A stretch of DNA of 64,000 nt. Origin: an uncultured Bacteroides sp. Its GTDB lineage: Bacteria; Bacillota; Clostridia; Lachnospirales; Lachnospiraceae. The stretch lies in assembly GCA_964553965.1 (NCBI GenBank), contig CAZKMB010000005.1:2474-66473 (forward strand). The letters run 5' to 3'. The translations under genes and the position numbers were made by a program. This document shows positions 1 to 10,256 of this stretch, piece after piece; position 1 is the first letter of the stretch, and each line of letters starts with the position of its first letter. The notes under the pieces were generated by a model. That model was not told where the DNA came from, ran no database searches, and saw nothing but the letters and a program-made list of their open reading frames with translations.

Positions 1-531
1 CTGCTTTGGACTGATTGCTTTTTGTATAAATGTATGCCAAAGGATAGGATAAAGCATGTTGCACAGGCAAAATACGTGGGGACTGATAATTTTTTTGTAG
101 ATTGGACATATGGGGCGGCACATCTGTGTAGATATAAAGATGTTGTTAAAATAGGTGGTTATCCGGCAGGATATTTTATGTATGGTGAAGATACGGAGTT
201 TTGTATGATGTTTCTTGATAAATTAGGAAAGAAGAATTATTATATGGGACAATGTGAGTTGATTCATCTTGGGGGATATAGTGAAAAACAAGTCTTAAAT
301 AGCAAAAAAGTAGAATATGGTACAAATGCTGCGATGTATTTTGTAAATAAGTATTATGGAAGATGGGCGTTATTTAGATATAGGATTTTACTATTAATGA
401 TATCTATAGTTAGGTATATTTATTTTTGGATTAAATGCAATTTTAATAGTAGTCAAAATAACATAAACAAAAAGATGAGATGGAAAACATCGGTGAAGGC
501 AACATTGAGCTATGATGGCAGGATAAACTGA
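1..531 (+). CDS. Glycosyltransferase family 2, C-terminal part (5'-truncated by the window edge)
   Basis: Frame is open from base 1; GT2 C-terminal motif 'GGYPAGYFMYGEDTEFC'; lies in a glycan cluster. Confidence 0.75.
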   Translation: MLWTDCFLYKCMPKDRIKHVAQAKYVGTDNFFVDWTYGAAHLCRYKDVVKIGGYPAGYFMYGEDTEFCMMFLDKLGKKNYYMGQCELIHLGGYSEKQVLNSKKVEYGTNAAMYFVNKYYGRWALFRYRILLLMISIVRYIYFWIKCNFNSSQNNINKKMRWKTSVKATLSYDGRIN

Positions 532-625
532 AATAGTTTGTTTGATATAGAATTGAGTTATATGACAAAAATATATTTTTTGCCACAGTTTAGAATATAA
601 AATTTAGAAGAGTGATGGTGACAAA

Positions 626-1684
626 ATGAGCGTTGCAATAAGTATTATTATGCCTGTATACAATGCAAAAGAGTATGTATCACATGCTATAAAGAGTGTA
701 TTAGATCAGACATTTGATGATTTTGAATTGATTATTATAGACGATGGCTCAACAGATGGTAGTTCAGGAATATGTGATGAGTTTTGTCAATCAGATAAAA
801 GAGTTAGAGTAATACATCAAGAAAATGCTGGTATATGTGCCGCTCGAAATAAAGGTTTAAAGATGGCACGCGGTGAATATATTGGGTTTATTGATAATGA
901 TGATCAATGGGACAAGCATACATTGGAAGATAATTATAAATTACTAATTAAAAATAATGCTGATTGGGTAAAGTATGGTAAAAATGAAATTTTAATTAAA
1001 GACAACAAGGTCTTAAAATGTACAGCTGCTGAATTTTCAGATGATATTTATTATGATAATGAGATTATAAATAATCTTTTGAATATGAGATGTAAAGATA
1101 TGATGACTTTTGTTTGGGATTCTTTATTTAAAAGGCAGAATATTGTAGAAAATGATATTACATTTGACGAAAAATTTGTATCTGGAAATGAAGATATTGA
1201 TTTTTGTGAAGAGTATGCCATGGTAAGCAAATGTTTAGTTATAAATTCAAAGTGCTATTATGATCATAATACAAGATTAGGAGAGAGTGCGTCTTCCAAG
1301 ACATCGATGAAGAAGATTTATTCATATTTATATTTATTGTCTAAATCTAATAGAAGATATAAGAATATTTTTTATAATAGGGTGTTTCCTGAAAAAGAAT
1401 ATTTATATATTATAACAAAGCAGATAATTGTAAATATTTGTCAGAAGGTAAATGATTTTGGTAAATTGAAAACACATAAAGAAAAAAAGAATATTATAAA
1501 GAGTATTGCTCGTGATAACGAATTCGAAAATTACATGAAAATGTCCGCGATAAATAAGAGTTGTGGTTCATTAAAACTGAATATATATATGAAATTGTTT
1601 TGTTGTGAGTGGTTCGGTTTGTTATTAGTTGTTGATAATTTTTCAAGAAAATTAATGTATTCTTTAAGGAAATTGAAAAGATAG
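626..1684 (+). CDS. Glycosyltransferase family 2 (GT-A)
   Basis: 'ISIIMPVYNAKEYV...SVLDQTFDDFELIIIDDGSTDGS', 'RNKGLKMARGEYIGFIDNDD'. Confidence 0.92.
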   Translation: MSVAISIIMPVYNAKEYVSHAIKSVLDQTFDDFELIIIDDGSTDGSSGICDEFCQSDKRVRVIHQENAGICAARNKGLKMARGEYIGFIDNDDQWDKHTLEDNYKLLIKNNADWVKYGKNEILIKDNKVLKCTAAEFSDDIYYDNEIINNLLNMRCKDMMTFVWDSLFKRQNIVENDITFDEKFVSGNEDIDFCEEYAMVSKCLVINSKCYYDHNTRLGESASSKTSMKKIYSYLYLLSKSNRRYKNIFYNRVFPEKEYLYIITKQIIVNICQKVNDFGKLKTHKEKKNIIKSIARDNEFENYMKMSAINKSCGSLKLNIYMKLFCCEWFGLLLVVDNFSRKLMYSLRKLKR

Positions 1685-1699
1685 GAGATCAGTTAGTTA

Positions 1700-2527
1700 A
1701 TGTCTTATTGTAAAAAAAAATTTGCTGTTGGAATTATATTATATAATCCAAATCAAAATGATATCAATTACCTAAATAAGTTATATGCATATTTTGATCA
1801 TATATATGTGTATGATAATTCAAAAAATAATAATAATCATTTAATAAATAAAACATATATATACAATTATGAAGGAAAAAATAGAGGATTAGCTAAGGGG
1901 TTTAATTGGTTTATAGATAAGAGTATTGAAAATGATACAGATTATCTATTGCTTCTTGATCAGGATTCTTGTTTTGATTTAAAAAAGTTGCAACAATTTA
2001 TGAATGAAATAGAAAAAGAGCAAACGAGTCATAACATTCTAATTAGGGCATGTAATACATATCCATTTGGAAAAGAGGAAAATAACGTAATAAATGATAT
2101 TCAAGTAATGAGTAAGGCCATATCTTCCGGTAGTTTTCTTAATATTCAATTACTAAAAAATGATGATATTAGATATGATGAGAATATGTTTATAGATTTT
2201 GTGGATGATGATTTTTGTATAAAAGCCATAAAGAAAGGGTATCAAATAGTGTGTTATAAAAGATATAGTTTTCCGCAACAATTAGGTTATATTTATAAGG
2301 GAAGAGTGTGTCATAATGCAATTAGACATTATTATATGATAAGAGATTTGGGTTATTTATATGAAAAATATAATAGCAGGTTTAAGTGTTTAATTATGTT
2401 AACGCGTTTTCTGTTACATGATTTAATAATTTGTTTTTTTGAAGATGAAAAAAAGAGAAAATTTTTAATGGCCATAAAAGGATATTTTCATTATTTAAAA
2501 AAAGTAACAGGTGAATATACGTCATAA
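1700..2527 (+). CDS. Glycosyltransferase family 2, rhamnosyltransferase-like
   Basis: 'IILYNP', 'NRGLAKGFN', 'LLLDQDS', 'ISSGSFL', 'DENMFIDFVDDDFC', 'RHYYMIRD'; adjacent to rmlC. Confidence 0.8.
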   Translation: MSYCKKKFAVGIILYNPNQNDINYLNKLYAYFDHIYVYDNSKNNNNHLINKTYIYNYEGKNRGLAKGFNWFIDKSIENDTDYLLLLDQDSCFDLKKLQQFMNEIEKEQTSHNILIRACNTYPFGKEENNVINDIQVMSKAISSGSFLNIQLLKNDDIRYDENMFIDFVDDDFCIKAIKKGYQIVCYKRYSFPQQLGYIYKGRVCHNAIRHYYMIRDLGYLYEKYNSRFKCLIMLTRFLLHDLIICFFEDEKKRKFLMAIKGYFHYLKKVTGEYTS

Positions 2528-2546
2528 TCAATATGAGGAGGTAAGC

Positions 2547-3149
2547 ATGGGACAGATAAAAGTAACTAAATGTTCTATAGATGGATTGTATATAATTGAA
2601 CCGGCAGTACATGGAGACAGCCGAGGTTATTTTATGGAGACATATAACAAAAAAGATATGGTGGAATCAGGTCTTAACCTGAACTTTGTTCAGGACAATC
2701 AGAGTATGTCGGTGAAAGGTGTCTTGAGAGGTCTACACTTCCAGAAAGAATATCCACAGGGAAAATTAGTGCGTGTCATAAAAGGTAGGGTGTTCGATGT
2801 GGCGGTAGACCTTAGGGCAGATAGCAAAACGTATGGTAAGTGGTTTGGCGTTGAACTGACAGAAGAAAATAAAAAACAGTTCTATATCTCTGAGGGATTT
2901 GCACACGGTTTTCTTGTTCTAAGTGACACAGCAGAGTTTTGCTACAAGGTTACTGACTTTTATCACCCATGTGATGAAGGTGGACTTGCATGGAACGATC
3001 CCGAGATTGGAATAGAATGGCCGGAGCTATTTGGCGAATACAGCGGAAATGCAAATGCGAAGGGTTATATGTTGAGCGATGGAACGCCGCTTAATCTTAG
3101 TGATAAAGATCAAAATTGGCTCGGTATAAAGGATACATTTAGATTTTGA
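2547..3149 (+). CDS. rmlC: dTDP-4-dehydrorhamnose 3,5-epimerase
   Basis: 'GDSRGYFMETY', 'QDNQSMSVKGVLRGLHFQ', 'GFAHGF'; GAGGAG RBS before ATG 2547. Confidence 0.95.
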   Translation: MGQIKVTKCSIDGLYIIEPAVHGDSRGYFMETYNKKDMVESGLNLNFVQDNQSMSVKGVLRGLHFQKEYPQGKLVRVIKGRVFDVAVDLRADSKTYGKWFGVELTEENKKQFYISEGFAHGFLVLSDTAEFCYKVTDFYHPCDEGGLAWNDPEIGIEWPELFGEYSGNANAKGYMLSDGTPLNLSDKDQNWLGIKDTFRF

Positions 3150-3315
3150 GTAATTGGCGGAGATACAAAACAGGAGAGGTTTTATATTTTTTGATGTTGC
3201 AATTAAGTCGATGCTGTATAGAATTTATTAATTAATGATAAATACATTAATTGCAAAAAATGCAGAATAAAAATTTGAAAGGTAATGTGGTTCAAACATT
3301 TAAATAATATAAGAT

Positions 3316-4227
3316 ATGGAAAAGTTAGTGAGTGTAATAATATTAACATATAATAATTTACAGTATTTACATGGTGCAATAGCTTCTGTTACATCTCAGA
3401 ATTATAGGAATATTGAAATCGTTATTTCAGATGATTGTTCGGTTGGTGTGAGTAGAGAAAACATAATTGAGACAATAGCAGAATATCAGAAAGAAAATAA
3501 TATTATAGTGAATGTTAACAAACAGAATTTAGGAACTGTAAAAAATTTCAATAATGCAATAAAAATTAGCAGTGGAGAGATTATCATACCATTATCGTGT
3601 GACGATAAGTTTGTTGATACTAATGTAGTTAGCGAAATCGTTATGCATTTTGAAAATACGGGTTGTTACGTTTGTACTTCTTTGAGAAAAGGCGAAAAAA
3701 CAAACATGATTATGCCTGAGAAAAGAGATGTTGATATATTAATACGAAAAGATTTTTCTTTGTTGTTAGATAGATTATCTGTCAGTAATTTTATAAGTGG
3801 TTCTACATTGTATTATAGTCGTGAAATATTTGATAAATGCGGTTTGTTTGATGAAAAGTATTTATTGTTGGAAGATTATCCGTATGTATTTAAACTTGTT
3901 AAATCTAAAGTTGAAATAAGTTTCTTAAATAGAGTCACAATAATATATGGACAAGATGGAGTGTCAAATTCGAATGGCAACAAAAAACCAAATTCAAAGC
4001 TTATGAATGATATTAACATGTTCTATTGTGATGAGATAAGTAAGTCTGTATATTTAATAAAAAATACAAAATGTCGCAGATATGTAAAATATGAGATAGA
4101 TAAGAGAAGAGCTGTTCATGGTAAAGTGTTTATTTATGTCAAATACTTGGATGTAACAATAGAAAAATTACTAAATAAGATAAGTAAAAGAAAAGAGTGT
4201 ATTTTTTGGAGATTATACAAACAATAG
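3316..4227 (+). CDS. Glycosyltransferase family 2
   Basis: 'LVSVIILTYNN', 'IEIVISDDCS', 'NLGTVKNFN', 'GLFDEKYLLLEDY'. Confidence 0.9.
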   Translation: MEKLVSVIILTYNNLQYLHGAIASVTSQNYRNIEIVISDDCSVGVSRENIIETIAEYQKENNIIVNVNKQNLGTVKNFNNAIKISSGEIIIPLSCDDKFVDTNVVSEIVMHFENTGCYVCTSLRKGEKTNMIMPEKRDVDILIRKDFSLLLDRLSVSNFISGSTLYYSREIFDKCGLFDEKYLLLEDYPYVFKLVKSKVEISFLNRVTIIYGQDGVSNSNGNKKPNSKLMNDINMFYCDEISKSVYLIKNTKCRRYVKYEIDKRRAVHGKVFIYVKYLDVTIEKLLNKISKRKECIFWRLYKQ

Positions 4228-4242
4228 GAAAGAGGGCTAAGT

Positions 4243-4656
4243 ATGCAGGTAATAAAATATGTTTTCCAACCTCATGGTGATGACAGAGGACAATTAGTGG
4301 CTTTAGAGGAATTTAAAGATATACCATTTGAAATTAAGAGAGTATATTACATATATGATACACTCTCTGATGTAAGACGTGGTTTTCATGCACATAAAAA
4401 TTTAGAGCAGATTTTGATATGTATTCACGGATCTTGTAAAATCTTATTGGACAATGGACACGAAAAAAAGATAGTACCTTTGGAAAAACCATATGAGGGT
4501 TTATATGTTGCGAACAATATGTGGAGGGAGATGTTTGATTTTTCTCCGGATGCTGTTTTGCTTGTTCTTGCATCAGAATTATATGATGAGTCTGACTATA
4601 TTAGAGATTATGAAGAGTTTATTATGGAGGTTTCCAAAGATGGAGAACATATCTAA
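4243..4656 (+). CDS. fdtA: FdtA/QdtA-like cupin, dTDP-4-keto-6-deoxyhexose 3,4-ketoisomerase
   Basis: 'DDRGQL', 'FEIKRVYYIY', 'RGFHAHKNLEQILICIHGS', 'YDESDYIRDY'. Confidence 0.85.
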   Translation: MQVIKYVFQPHGDDRGQLVALEEFKDIPFEIKRVYYIYDTLSDVRRGFHAHKNLEQILICIHGSCKILLDNGHEKKIVPLEKPYEGLYVANNMWREMFDFSPDAVLLVLASELYDESDYIRDYEEFIMEVSKDGEHI

Positions 4657-5740
4657 AATTTCTGCAGAAAGAAATTCGAGTATTGAATTGTTGAGAATAC
4701 TTGCGATTATGGGTGTCATTGTTTTGCATTATAATAATCAAGCCATGGGTGGTGGATTGATGTATGTTGAACAAAAAAGTTTGAACCATTTTGCATTACT
4801 TGCATTAGAGGCGATGTTTATATGTGCTGTTAATGTTTTTGTTTTGATTACGGGATACTTTATGGTGACTTCTCAAAAAAGAAACATAGTTAAGCCTTTT
4901 GGACTTTTACTACAGGTAGTGGTGTTTAGGATATTAACCCTAATGGCGAACTATGTAATGAATAATCAGTTATCCGTAAAAGGGTTGATAGGTTGTTTGC
5001 TTCCTGTCAATTATTTTGTTATTCTTTATTGTACATTGTATTTTGTTTCTCCGTATTTAAATATTATATTGAAAAAACTCAGTAGTGCTCAATTAAAATG
5101 TATGATGATATGTCTCATACTGTTGTTTTCTGTATGGCCAACTCTTGTCGATGTTTTACAGTTTACAACAAAAAACGAATATATGGGGTTAAGTACAATT
5201 GGAATGTATGGCAGTCAATATGGTTATACTATTATTCACTTTGTACTGATGTATCTTATAGGCGGAAGTATTAGAATTTGTGAAACAGATGGGAAAAAGA
5301 TAAGAGGACGCATATATAAGCTTATTGTAATATGGTTGTGTGTGGTTGCATTTATTGTCTTATGGTCGTTATATGATGCAAATTCGTCTTGGGAGTATTG
5401 TAATCCGTTAGTTATTATAGAAAGTGTAGTTGTATTTTTACTGTTTAAAAATCTAAATTTTAAAAGTAGAATTGTAAATTCATTGTCGAAAGCTACTTTT
5501 ACGGTTTTTTTAGTACATACAAACTTTTTCAGGTGGTTGTATATTGACAAGTATGTTAATATGAGTTTGATAACAATGTTGTTGCATATTATGATTTCAT
5601 GTATTTCTATATTTGTTATTTGTTATTTTATATGGTTGATATATGATTTGGTTACCAGACCTTTATTCAAATTATTGAATAAAATATTTAAACCATATTG
5701 TATTGATGTGGAGGATAATTATGAAAATACCTTTTGTTAG
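4640..5740 (+). CDS. Acyltransferase family 3 (multi-pass membrane O-acyltransferase)
   Basis: '[21 protein letters not shown]', '[11 protein letters not shown]', many hydrophobic segments; GGAGG RBS before ATG 4640. Confidence 0.85.
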   Translation: MENISKISAERNSSIELLRILAIMGVIVLHYNNQAMGGGLMYVEQKSLNHFALLALEAMFICAVNVFVLITGYFMVTSQKRNIVKPFGLLLQVVVFRILTLMANYVMNNQLSVKGLIGCLLPVNYFVILYCTLYFVSPYLNIILKKLSSAQLKCMMICLILLFSVWPTLVDVLQFTTKNEYMGLSTIGMYGSQYGYTIIHFVLMYLIGGSIRICETDGKKIRGRIYKLIVIWLCVVAFIVLWSLYDANSSWEYCNPLVIIESVVVFLLFKNLNFKSRIVNSLSKATFTVFLVHTNFFRWLYIDKYVNMSLITMLLHIMISCISIFVICYFIWLIYDLVTRPLFKLLNKIFKPYCIDVEDNYENTFC

Positions 5741-6827
5741 TTTTAAACCCATGGAGAAAGAGCTGGATGCTGATTTAAGAGGAGCCTTTAACAGAGTATA
5801 TGAGAATAGCTGGTACATTGAGGGAAAAGAAGATACTGCTTTTGAAGATGCTTTTGCAAAGTTTTGTAATGTGAATTATTGCGTGGGAACAGGTAATGGT
5901 CTTGATGCGTTGGTGCTTCCGTTAAAGGCATTAGGTATAGGAGAAGGGGACGAAGTTATTGTACCTTCAAATACATACATAGCAACAGCTCTTGCTGTTA
6001 CTTATGTAGGGGCTACACCTGTATTTGTTGAACCAATTATTGATACATTTAATATTAATCCCGATAAGATAGAGGAAAAGATTACAGATAAGACTAAGGC
6101 TATTATGCCCGTTCATCTTTACGGACAGCCATGTGATATGGACCCTATTATGGAGATTGCTAAAAGACATAACCTTTATGTTATAGAGGATTGTGCTCAG
6201 GCTCACGGAGCAACCTATAAGGGACGGGTTGTTGGTAGTTTTGGCGATGCAGCAGGCTTCAGCTTTTATCCGGGTAAAAATCTTGGCGCTCTTGGTGATG
6301 CAGGAGCAACAGTAACAAATAACGAAGAAGTCGCAAAGAAGGTCCGTGCGTTGGGTAACTATGGCTCTGATTATAAGTATCATCATATTTATAAAGGTAT
6401 CAATACAAGATTGGACGAGCTTCAGGCTGCTTTTTTATCTGCAAAGCTTCCTCATCTGGACAAGATGAACGAGGAACGCAGACGTATTGCGAATAGATAT
6501 TTAAATGAAATTAAAAATTCAAATGTTGTCTTACCATTTGTGCGTGATAATGTAGTACCTGTATGGCATATCTTTGGTATTCGTTGTAATGACAGAGATA
6601 AGTTAGAAAAGTACCTTAATGATAATGGAATTGGAACTAATAAGCACTACCCTATTCCTATGCATATGCAGGAATGCTATAGAGATTTGAATATAGCGGA
6701 GGGTGAACTCCCTATAGCAGAGGAGATTAGCTCCACTGAGTTAAGTTTGCCTATGTACTATGGTATGACTGATGAAGAAATTGGGTATGTGGTTGAGAAA
6801 ATTAATTCATTTCAAAATGACAGATGA
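5721..6827 (+). CDS. DegT/DnrJ/EryC1/StrS sugar aminotransferase (FdtB-like)
   Basis: 'GNGLDAL', 'PVHLYGQP', 'EDCAQAHGA', PLP-lysine motif '[16 protein letters not shown]', '[10 protein letters not shown]'. Confidence 0.93.
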   Translation: MKIPFVSFKPMEKELDADLRGAFNRVYENSWYIEGKEDTAFEDAFAKFCNVNYCVGTGNGLDALVLPLKALGIGEGDEVIVPSNTYIATALAVTYVGATPVFVEPIIDTFNINPDKIEEKITDKTKAIMPVHLYGQPCDMDPIMEIAKRHNLYVIEDCAQAHGATYKGRVVGSFGDAAGFSFYPGKNLGALGDAGATVTNNEEVAKKVRALGNYGSDYKYHHIYKGINTRLDELQAAFLSAKLPHLDKMNEERRRIANRYLNEIKNSNVVLPFVRDNVVPVWHIFGIRCNDRDKLEKYLNDNGIGTNKHYPIPMHMQECYRDLNIAEGELPIAEEISSTELSLPMYYGMTDEEIGYVVEKINSFQNDR

Positions 6828-6847
6828 ATAACGAGAGGAACTATTAA

Positions 6848-8263
6848 ATGAATAAATTAAAGTTATTTGTTGTGAATATGTTTGTATATGGTTTGGGCGG
6901 GGTTATTAGCAAGATAATCCCGCTTATAATGGTTCCTATTGTTACCCGTTTGATGCCCAATACATCATATTTTGGAATTAGTGATATGTGTGATGTAATT
7001 ATCTCATTTGCATCGGCGATTGCCGTTATGGGTATGTATGATGCAATGTACAGGATGTTTTTTGAAAAAGAAGATGATGAATATAAAAAGACAATATGCT
7101 CAACTACGTTATTTTTTGTAGGTATAACATCAGTCGTTGTTTTTTTGCTACTGTTATGTTTCAGGCAAGCAATTGCAAGCTTTTTTCTTGAAGATAAAGA
7201 ATTAGCAAATATTATATATATAGTTGCCATAGCAACACTGGTTGGAGGAACTAATTCTATTGTTTCTGCGCCAACAAGGATGCAAAATAAGAAAAAAATC
7301 TTTTTGATTGCTAATATGGTCAGCCCAATTATTTCATATCTTGTGTCTGTTCCCATGCTTTTAAAAGGACATTATATTATTGCATTGCCTTTAGCATCAC
7401 TTATTTCAAGTTGTACAATGGAAATTACTTTCCTTATTTTAAATAAAGGGTGGTTTGGGAAAAAATATATAGATTTAAAACTTTTAAAACCATTATTATT
7501 AATTGGCCTTCCATTGTTGCCAAATTTTTTGATTTATTGGCTGTTTAATTCCTGTGACAAGATTATGATAACAAGAATGATTGGTATTGGAGCATCGGGA
7601 ATATATTCTGTGGGAGCAAAATTAGGACATGCAAGTCAAATTATTTATACTGCTTTTGCAGGTGGATGGCAGTTTTTTGCTTTTTCTACTATGAAAGAAA
7701 AAGAACAGGTAAAAAATAATTCAATGGTTTTTGAATATTTAGGTACTATATCTTTTGCTGTGAGTATGTTTGTATTTGCTTTAGCATATCCTATATACGA
7801 CATCATGTTTACAGATGAATATCTTAGTGGTTATATAGTAGCACCGTATTTATTTTTGGCACCGTTGGTGCAGATGCTTTTTCAGATTGCTGCAAACCAA
7901 TTCCTGGTTGTGAAAAAGACATGGCCAAATGCTTTGATATTAAGTAGTGGCGCTATTATAAATATTGTATTGAATTATTTTCTGATACCGATTATAGGTA
8001 TAGAGGGAGCTGCTGTTGCAACACTGTTGGGTTATGTAATATCTGACATTATATGCGTAATTGTTCTTTGTAAAATGAAACTTATGATTGTATCAAGAAG
8101 ATTTTTGATTATCACACTGATAATGATGATTTATATTGTTGTTTGGAGATTTATTACATTGGAGTATGTATTCTTGAATGTTATATTGGCAGTGCTGTGT
8201 TCGGTTGTATTTGTTATGTTTTATAAGAAGGATATTGACAAGGTCTTAAAATTTGCCAGATAG
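6848..8263 (+). CDS. wzx: Wzx-type oligosaccharide flippase
   Basis: 471 aa with about 12 hydrophobic segments; 'GIYSVGAKL', 'LIPIIGIEGAAVATLLGY'. Confidence 0.85.
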   Translation: MNKLKLFVVNMFVYGLGGVISKIIPLIMVPIVTRLMPNTSYFGISDMCDVIISFASAIAVMGMYDAMYRMFFEKEDDEYKKTICSTTLFFVGITSVVVFLLLLCFRQAIASFFLEDKELANIIYIVAIATLVGGTNSIVSAPTRMQNKKKIFLIANMVSPIISYLVSVPMLLKGHYIIALPLASLISSCTMEITFLILNKGWFGKKYIDLKLLKPLLLIGLPLLPNFLIYWLFNSCDKIMITRMIGIGASGIYSVGAKLGHASQIIYTAFAGGWQFFAFSTMKEKEQVKNNSMVFEYLGTISFAVSMFVFALAYPIYDIMFTDEYLSGYIVAPYLFLAPLVQMLFQIAANQFLVVKKTWPNALILSSGAIINIVLNYFLIPIIGIEGAAVATLLGYVISDIICVIVLCKMKLMIVSRRFLIITLIMMIYIVVWRFITLEYVFLNVILAVLCSVVFVMFYKKDIDKVLKFAR

Positions 8264-8277
8264 GAGAGTAGCGAATC

Positions 8278-8778
8278 ATGATTATAAGAAATTTAAAAAA
8301 ATCTGATGCCCTTCTCATGCTTGAATGGATGCATGATGAGTCGGTGGTTGAATATTTAGCGGCAGATTTTGCAAGCAAAACAATAGATGACTGCATCAGA
8401 TTTATTGATAACAGTTTGTCTGATAAAGAAAATTTTCATCTTGCAATTGCTGATTCAGATGATGTTTATATGGGCACTGTGAGCTTAAAACATATTGACA
8501 GGATTGCTAAAACAGCTGAATTTGCTATTACTATGCGTAAATCTGCCATGGGAACAGGTGCCGCTGCATTTGGTATGGCAGAGATAATTAAGTATGGTTT
8601 TGAACATATAGGTTTAAACGCCATATATTGGTGTGTATCTGAGCAAAATCAGCGTGCTATAAGGTTTTATAACAAAAGATATAAAACTACTGATTATGTT
8701 CCGGAGAGTATTTTGACTAATTATTCTAAGGAACAGGTAGAGAATCTTTTGTGGTATGAGGTTAGTTCGGAAGAATAA
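8278..8778 (+). CDS. GNAT family N-acetyltransferase (last gene of the glycan cluster)
   Basis: 'GTVSLKHIDRIAKTAEFAI', 'MGTG', 'NQRAIRFY' (RimJ/RimL-type GNAT). Confidence 0.8.
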   Translation: MIIRNLKKSDALLMLEWMHDESVVEYLAADFASKTIDDCIRFIDNSLSDKENFHLAIADSDDVYMGTVSLKHIDRIAKTAEFAITMRKSAMGTGAAAFGMAEIIKYGFEHIGLNAIYWCVSEQNQRAIRFYNKRYKTTDYVPESILTNYSKEQVENLLWYEVSSEE

Positions 8779-8820
8779 AAATTAGAAATTTTTGTATACA
8801 AATTGGAGCATCCAAAATCA

Positions 8821-8861
8821 TTGACTTATTACGCAAAAGTGTTTATACTTTTGCGTATAAT
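8821..8861 (+). promoter_or_regulatory. Sigma-A promoter overlapped by a perfect 11-bp inverted repeat (putative operator) upstream of the Lamassu-like operon
   Basis: TTGACT(8821)-N17-TATACT(8844); TACGCAAAAGT(8830-8840)-6 nt-ACTTTTGCGTA(8847-8857). Confidence 0.65.
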
Positions 8862-9006
8862 ATTTCTACTGTTCATATTTTATTAGGAGAATTACTTTTT
8901 CAAAATACCGGCTTTAATAAAATGGTTAGTAAAAATATGTTGATATTTAAGTGAATTTGTATTTGGCACATAGTACTATTACTTTAGTAAAATGTGAGGG
9001 AAAGTT

Positions 9007-9981
9007 ATGGATAAATTTGATTATGTTAAGTTAATTGTAAACACCCTGCGTGGCTCTACGGGGAATAATTTTCAACAGCAAATAGGCGTTGTCTTAAAAG
9101 AGTACTATAAAAATAAACATGTTACATATGAGATGCCGTCTTACCTTGGTGGGGATAAAAAAAATGATGGCTGGGTTGTTGAAGATGCACTATTTTATCA
9201 AATATATGCACCGTCAAGAAATTATGATTCCATGAAAAGAGATATGCAAAAAAAGTTTTCAGAGGACTTAAATGGTTTGCTAAAAAATATATATAATAAG
9301 GGATTATGGAACGGGAAATTAAACAAATTTATCTACATTGTCAATACAATAGATGGTGAATTGCCGGAAGATAGCGAGAGATACTATGATAAAGAAGTAG
9401 AGAGATTGAAATTAGAGTATTCAGTTGATTTTGAATACGAAGTCGTTAATTTGGATTATATTTTTGATGTTCTGTGTGAAATATACGATAAAACCATTCT
9501 TGAAAAGATATCAGCTAAACTTAGTGTTAATAATATGTTAGACTATAATGCTGTGGATGAAACAAATATGATTCAATTAATTTATAGAATATCTTCTAAC
9601 ATTAGTGAGAAATTTATAAAAGAAGAATGTGATGACAATAATCGCTATGAAAGAGTATCGTCGGTTGAAAAAATATCTATAAATGATTTAGATGATAAGA
9701 AAGATGTTATAGAGAAAATCATAAGTAATCTTGATGTTGTTGAGAATGCAATAAGAAATATTAATCAGGATGTTTTGTTTGAACATAAATTTGAACGAGT
9801 AAAAAATCATGTCATAGATAAATATGATAAATTGAAGGAAGAATTTCATGGTGTAGAACTGTATAATAATTTGCTTAATGATTTGGTTTCATATGCAGGT
9901 AGTGCTGATATAGATAAAACAGGAACAGAGTTTTTAGTTGTTTATATTTTTGACAAGTGTGATATTTTTGAGAAAGAATAG
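9007..9981 (+). CDS. lmuA: ABC-three-component/Lamassu effector (LmuA-like): restriction-endonuclease-like N-terminus plus ABC-3C C-terminal domain
   Basis: N-term 'GNNFQ...GGDKKNDG...FYQIYAP'; C-terminal signature 'FLVVYIFDKCDIFEK'; first of three coupled genes. Confidence 0.75.
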   Translation: MDKFDYVKLIVNTLRGSTGNNFQQQIGVVLKEYYKNKHVTYEMPSYLGGDKKNDGWVVEDALFYQIYAPSRNYDSMKRDMQKKFSEDLNGLLKNIYNKGLWNGKLNKFIYIVNTIDGELPEDSERYYDKEVERLKLEYSVDFEYEVVNLDYIFDVLCEIYDKTILEKISAKLSVNNMLDYNAVDETNMIQLIYRISSNISEKFIKEECDDNNRYERVSSVEKISINDLDDKKDVIEKIISNLDVVENAIRNINQDVLFEHKFERVKNHVIDKYDKLKEEFHGVELYNNLLNDLVSYAGSADIDKTGTEFLVVYIFDKCDIFEKE

Positions 9982-9989
9982 GTGATAAA

Positions 9990-10256
9990 ATGATATTACC
10001 GGATAAGTATGTTACATTATCTGAAAGTTTTATAGGGCTAAGTGGGATGCTGCTTGATACATTAGGAAAGACCAATATGACTGTAGATAAACTCTGGAAT
10101 AAGTTTAATGATAAATATGTATCAACCAAAAAAATTAGTAATATACCTACGTATCAGAAATATATATATGTGTTACAGTTTATGTACATAGCAGATATGA
10201 TTAATTATAACGGCAAGGGGGAAGTGTTTAATGAAAATATTAAAACTTGTAATTAA
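9990..10256 (+). CDS. lmuC: ABC-three-component middle component (LmuC-like small subunit)
   Basis: 88 aa starting 'MILPDKYVTLSESFIGLSGMLL', 'LQFMYIADMI'; between effector and SMC-like ATPase. Confidence 0.7.
   Translation: MILPDKYVTLSESFIGLSGMLLDTLGKTNMTVDKLWNKFNDKYVSTKKISNIPTYQKYIYVLQFMYIADMINYNGKGEVFNENIKTCN

Noticed and set aside
1712-1720. A9 tract near the start of the rhamnosyltransferase as a phase-variation switch
   Set aside because: A runs of this length are common in this very AT-rich region and the frame is intact; read-level data would be needed.
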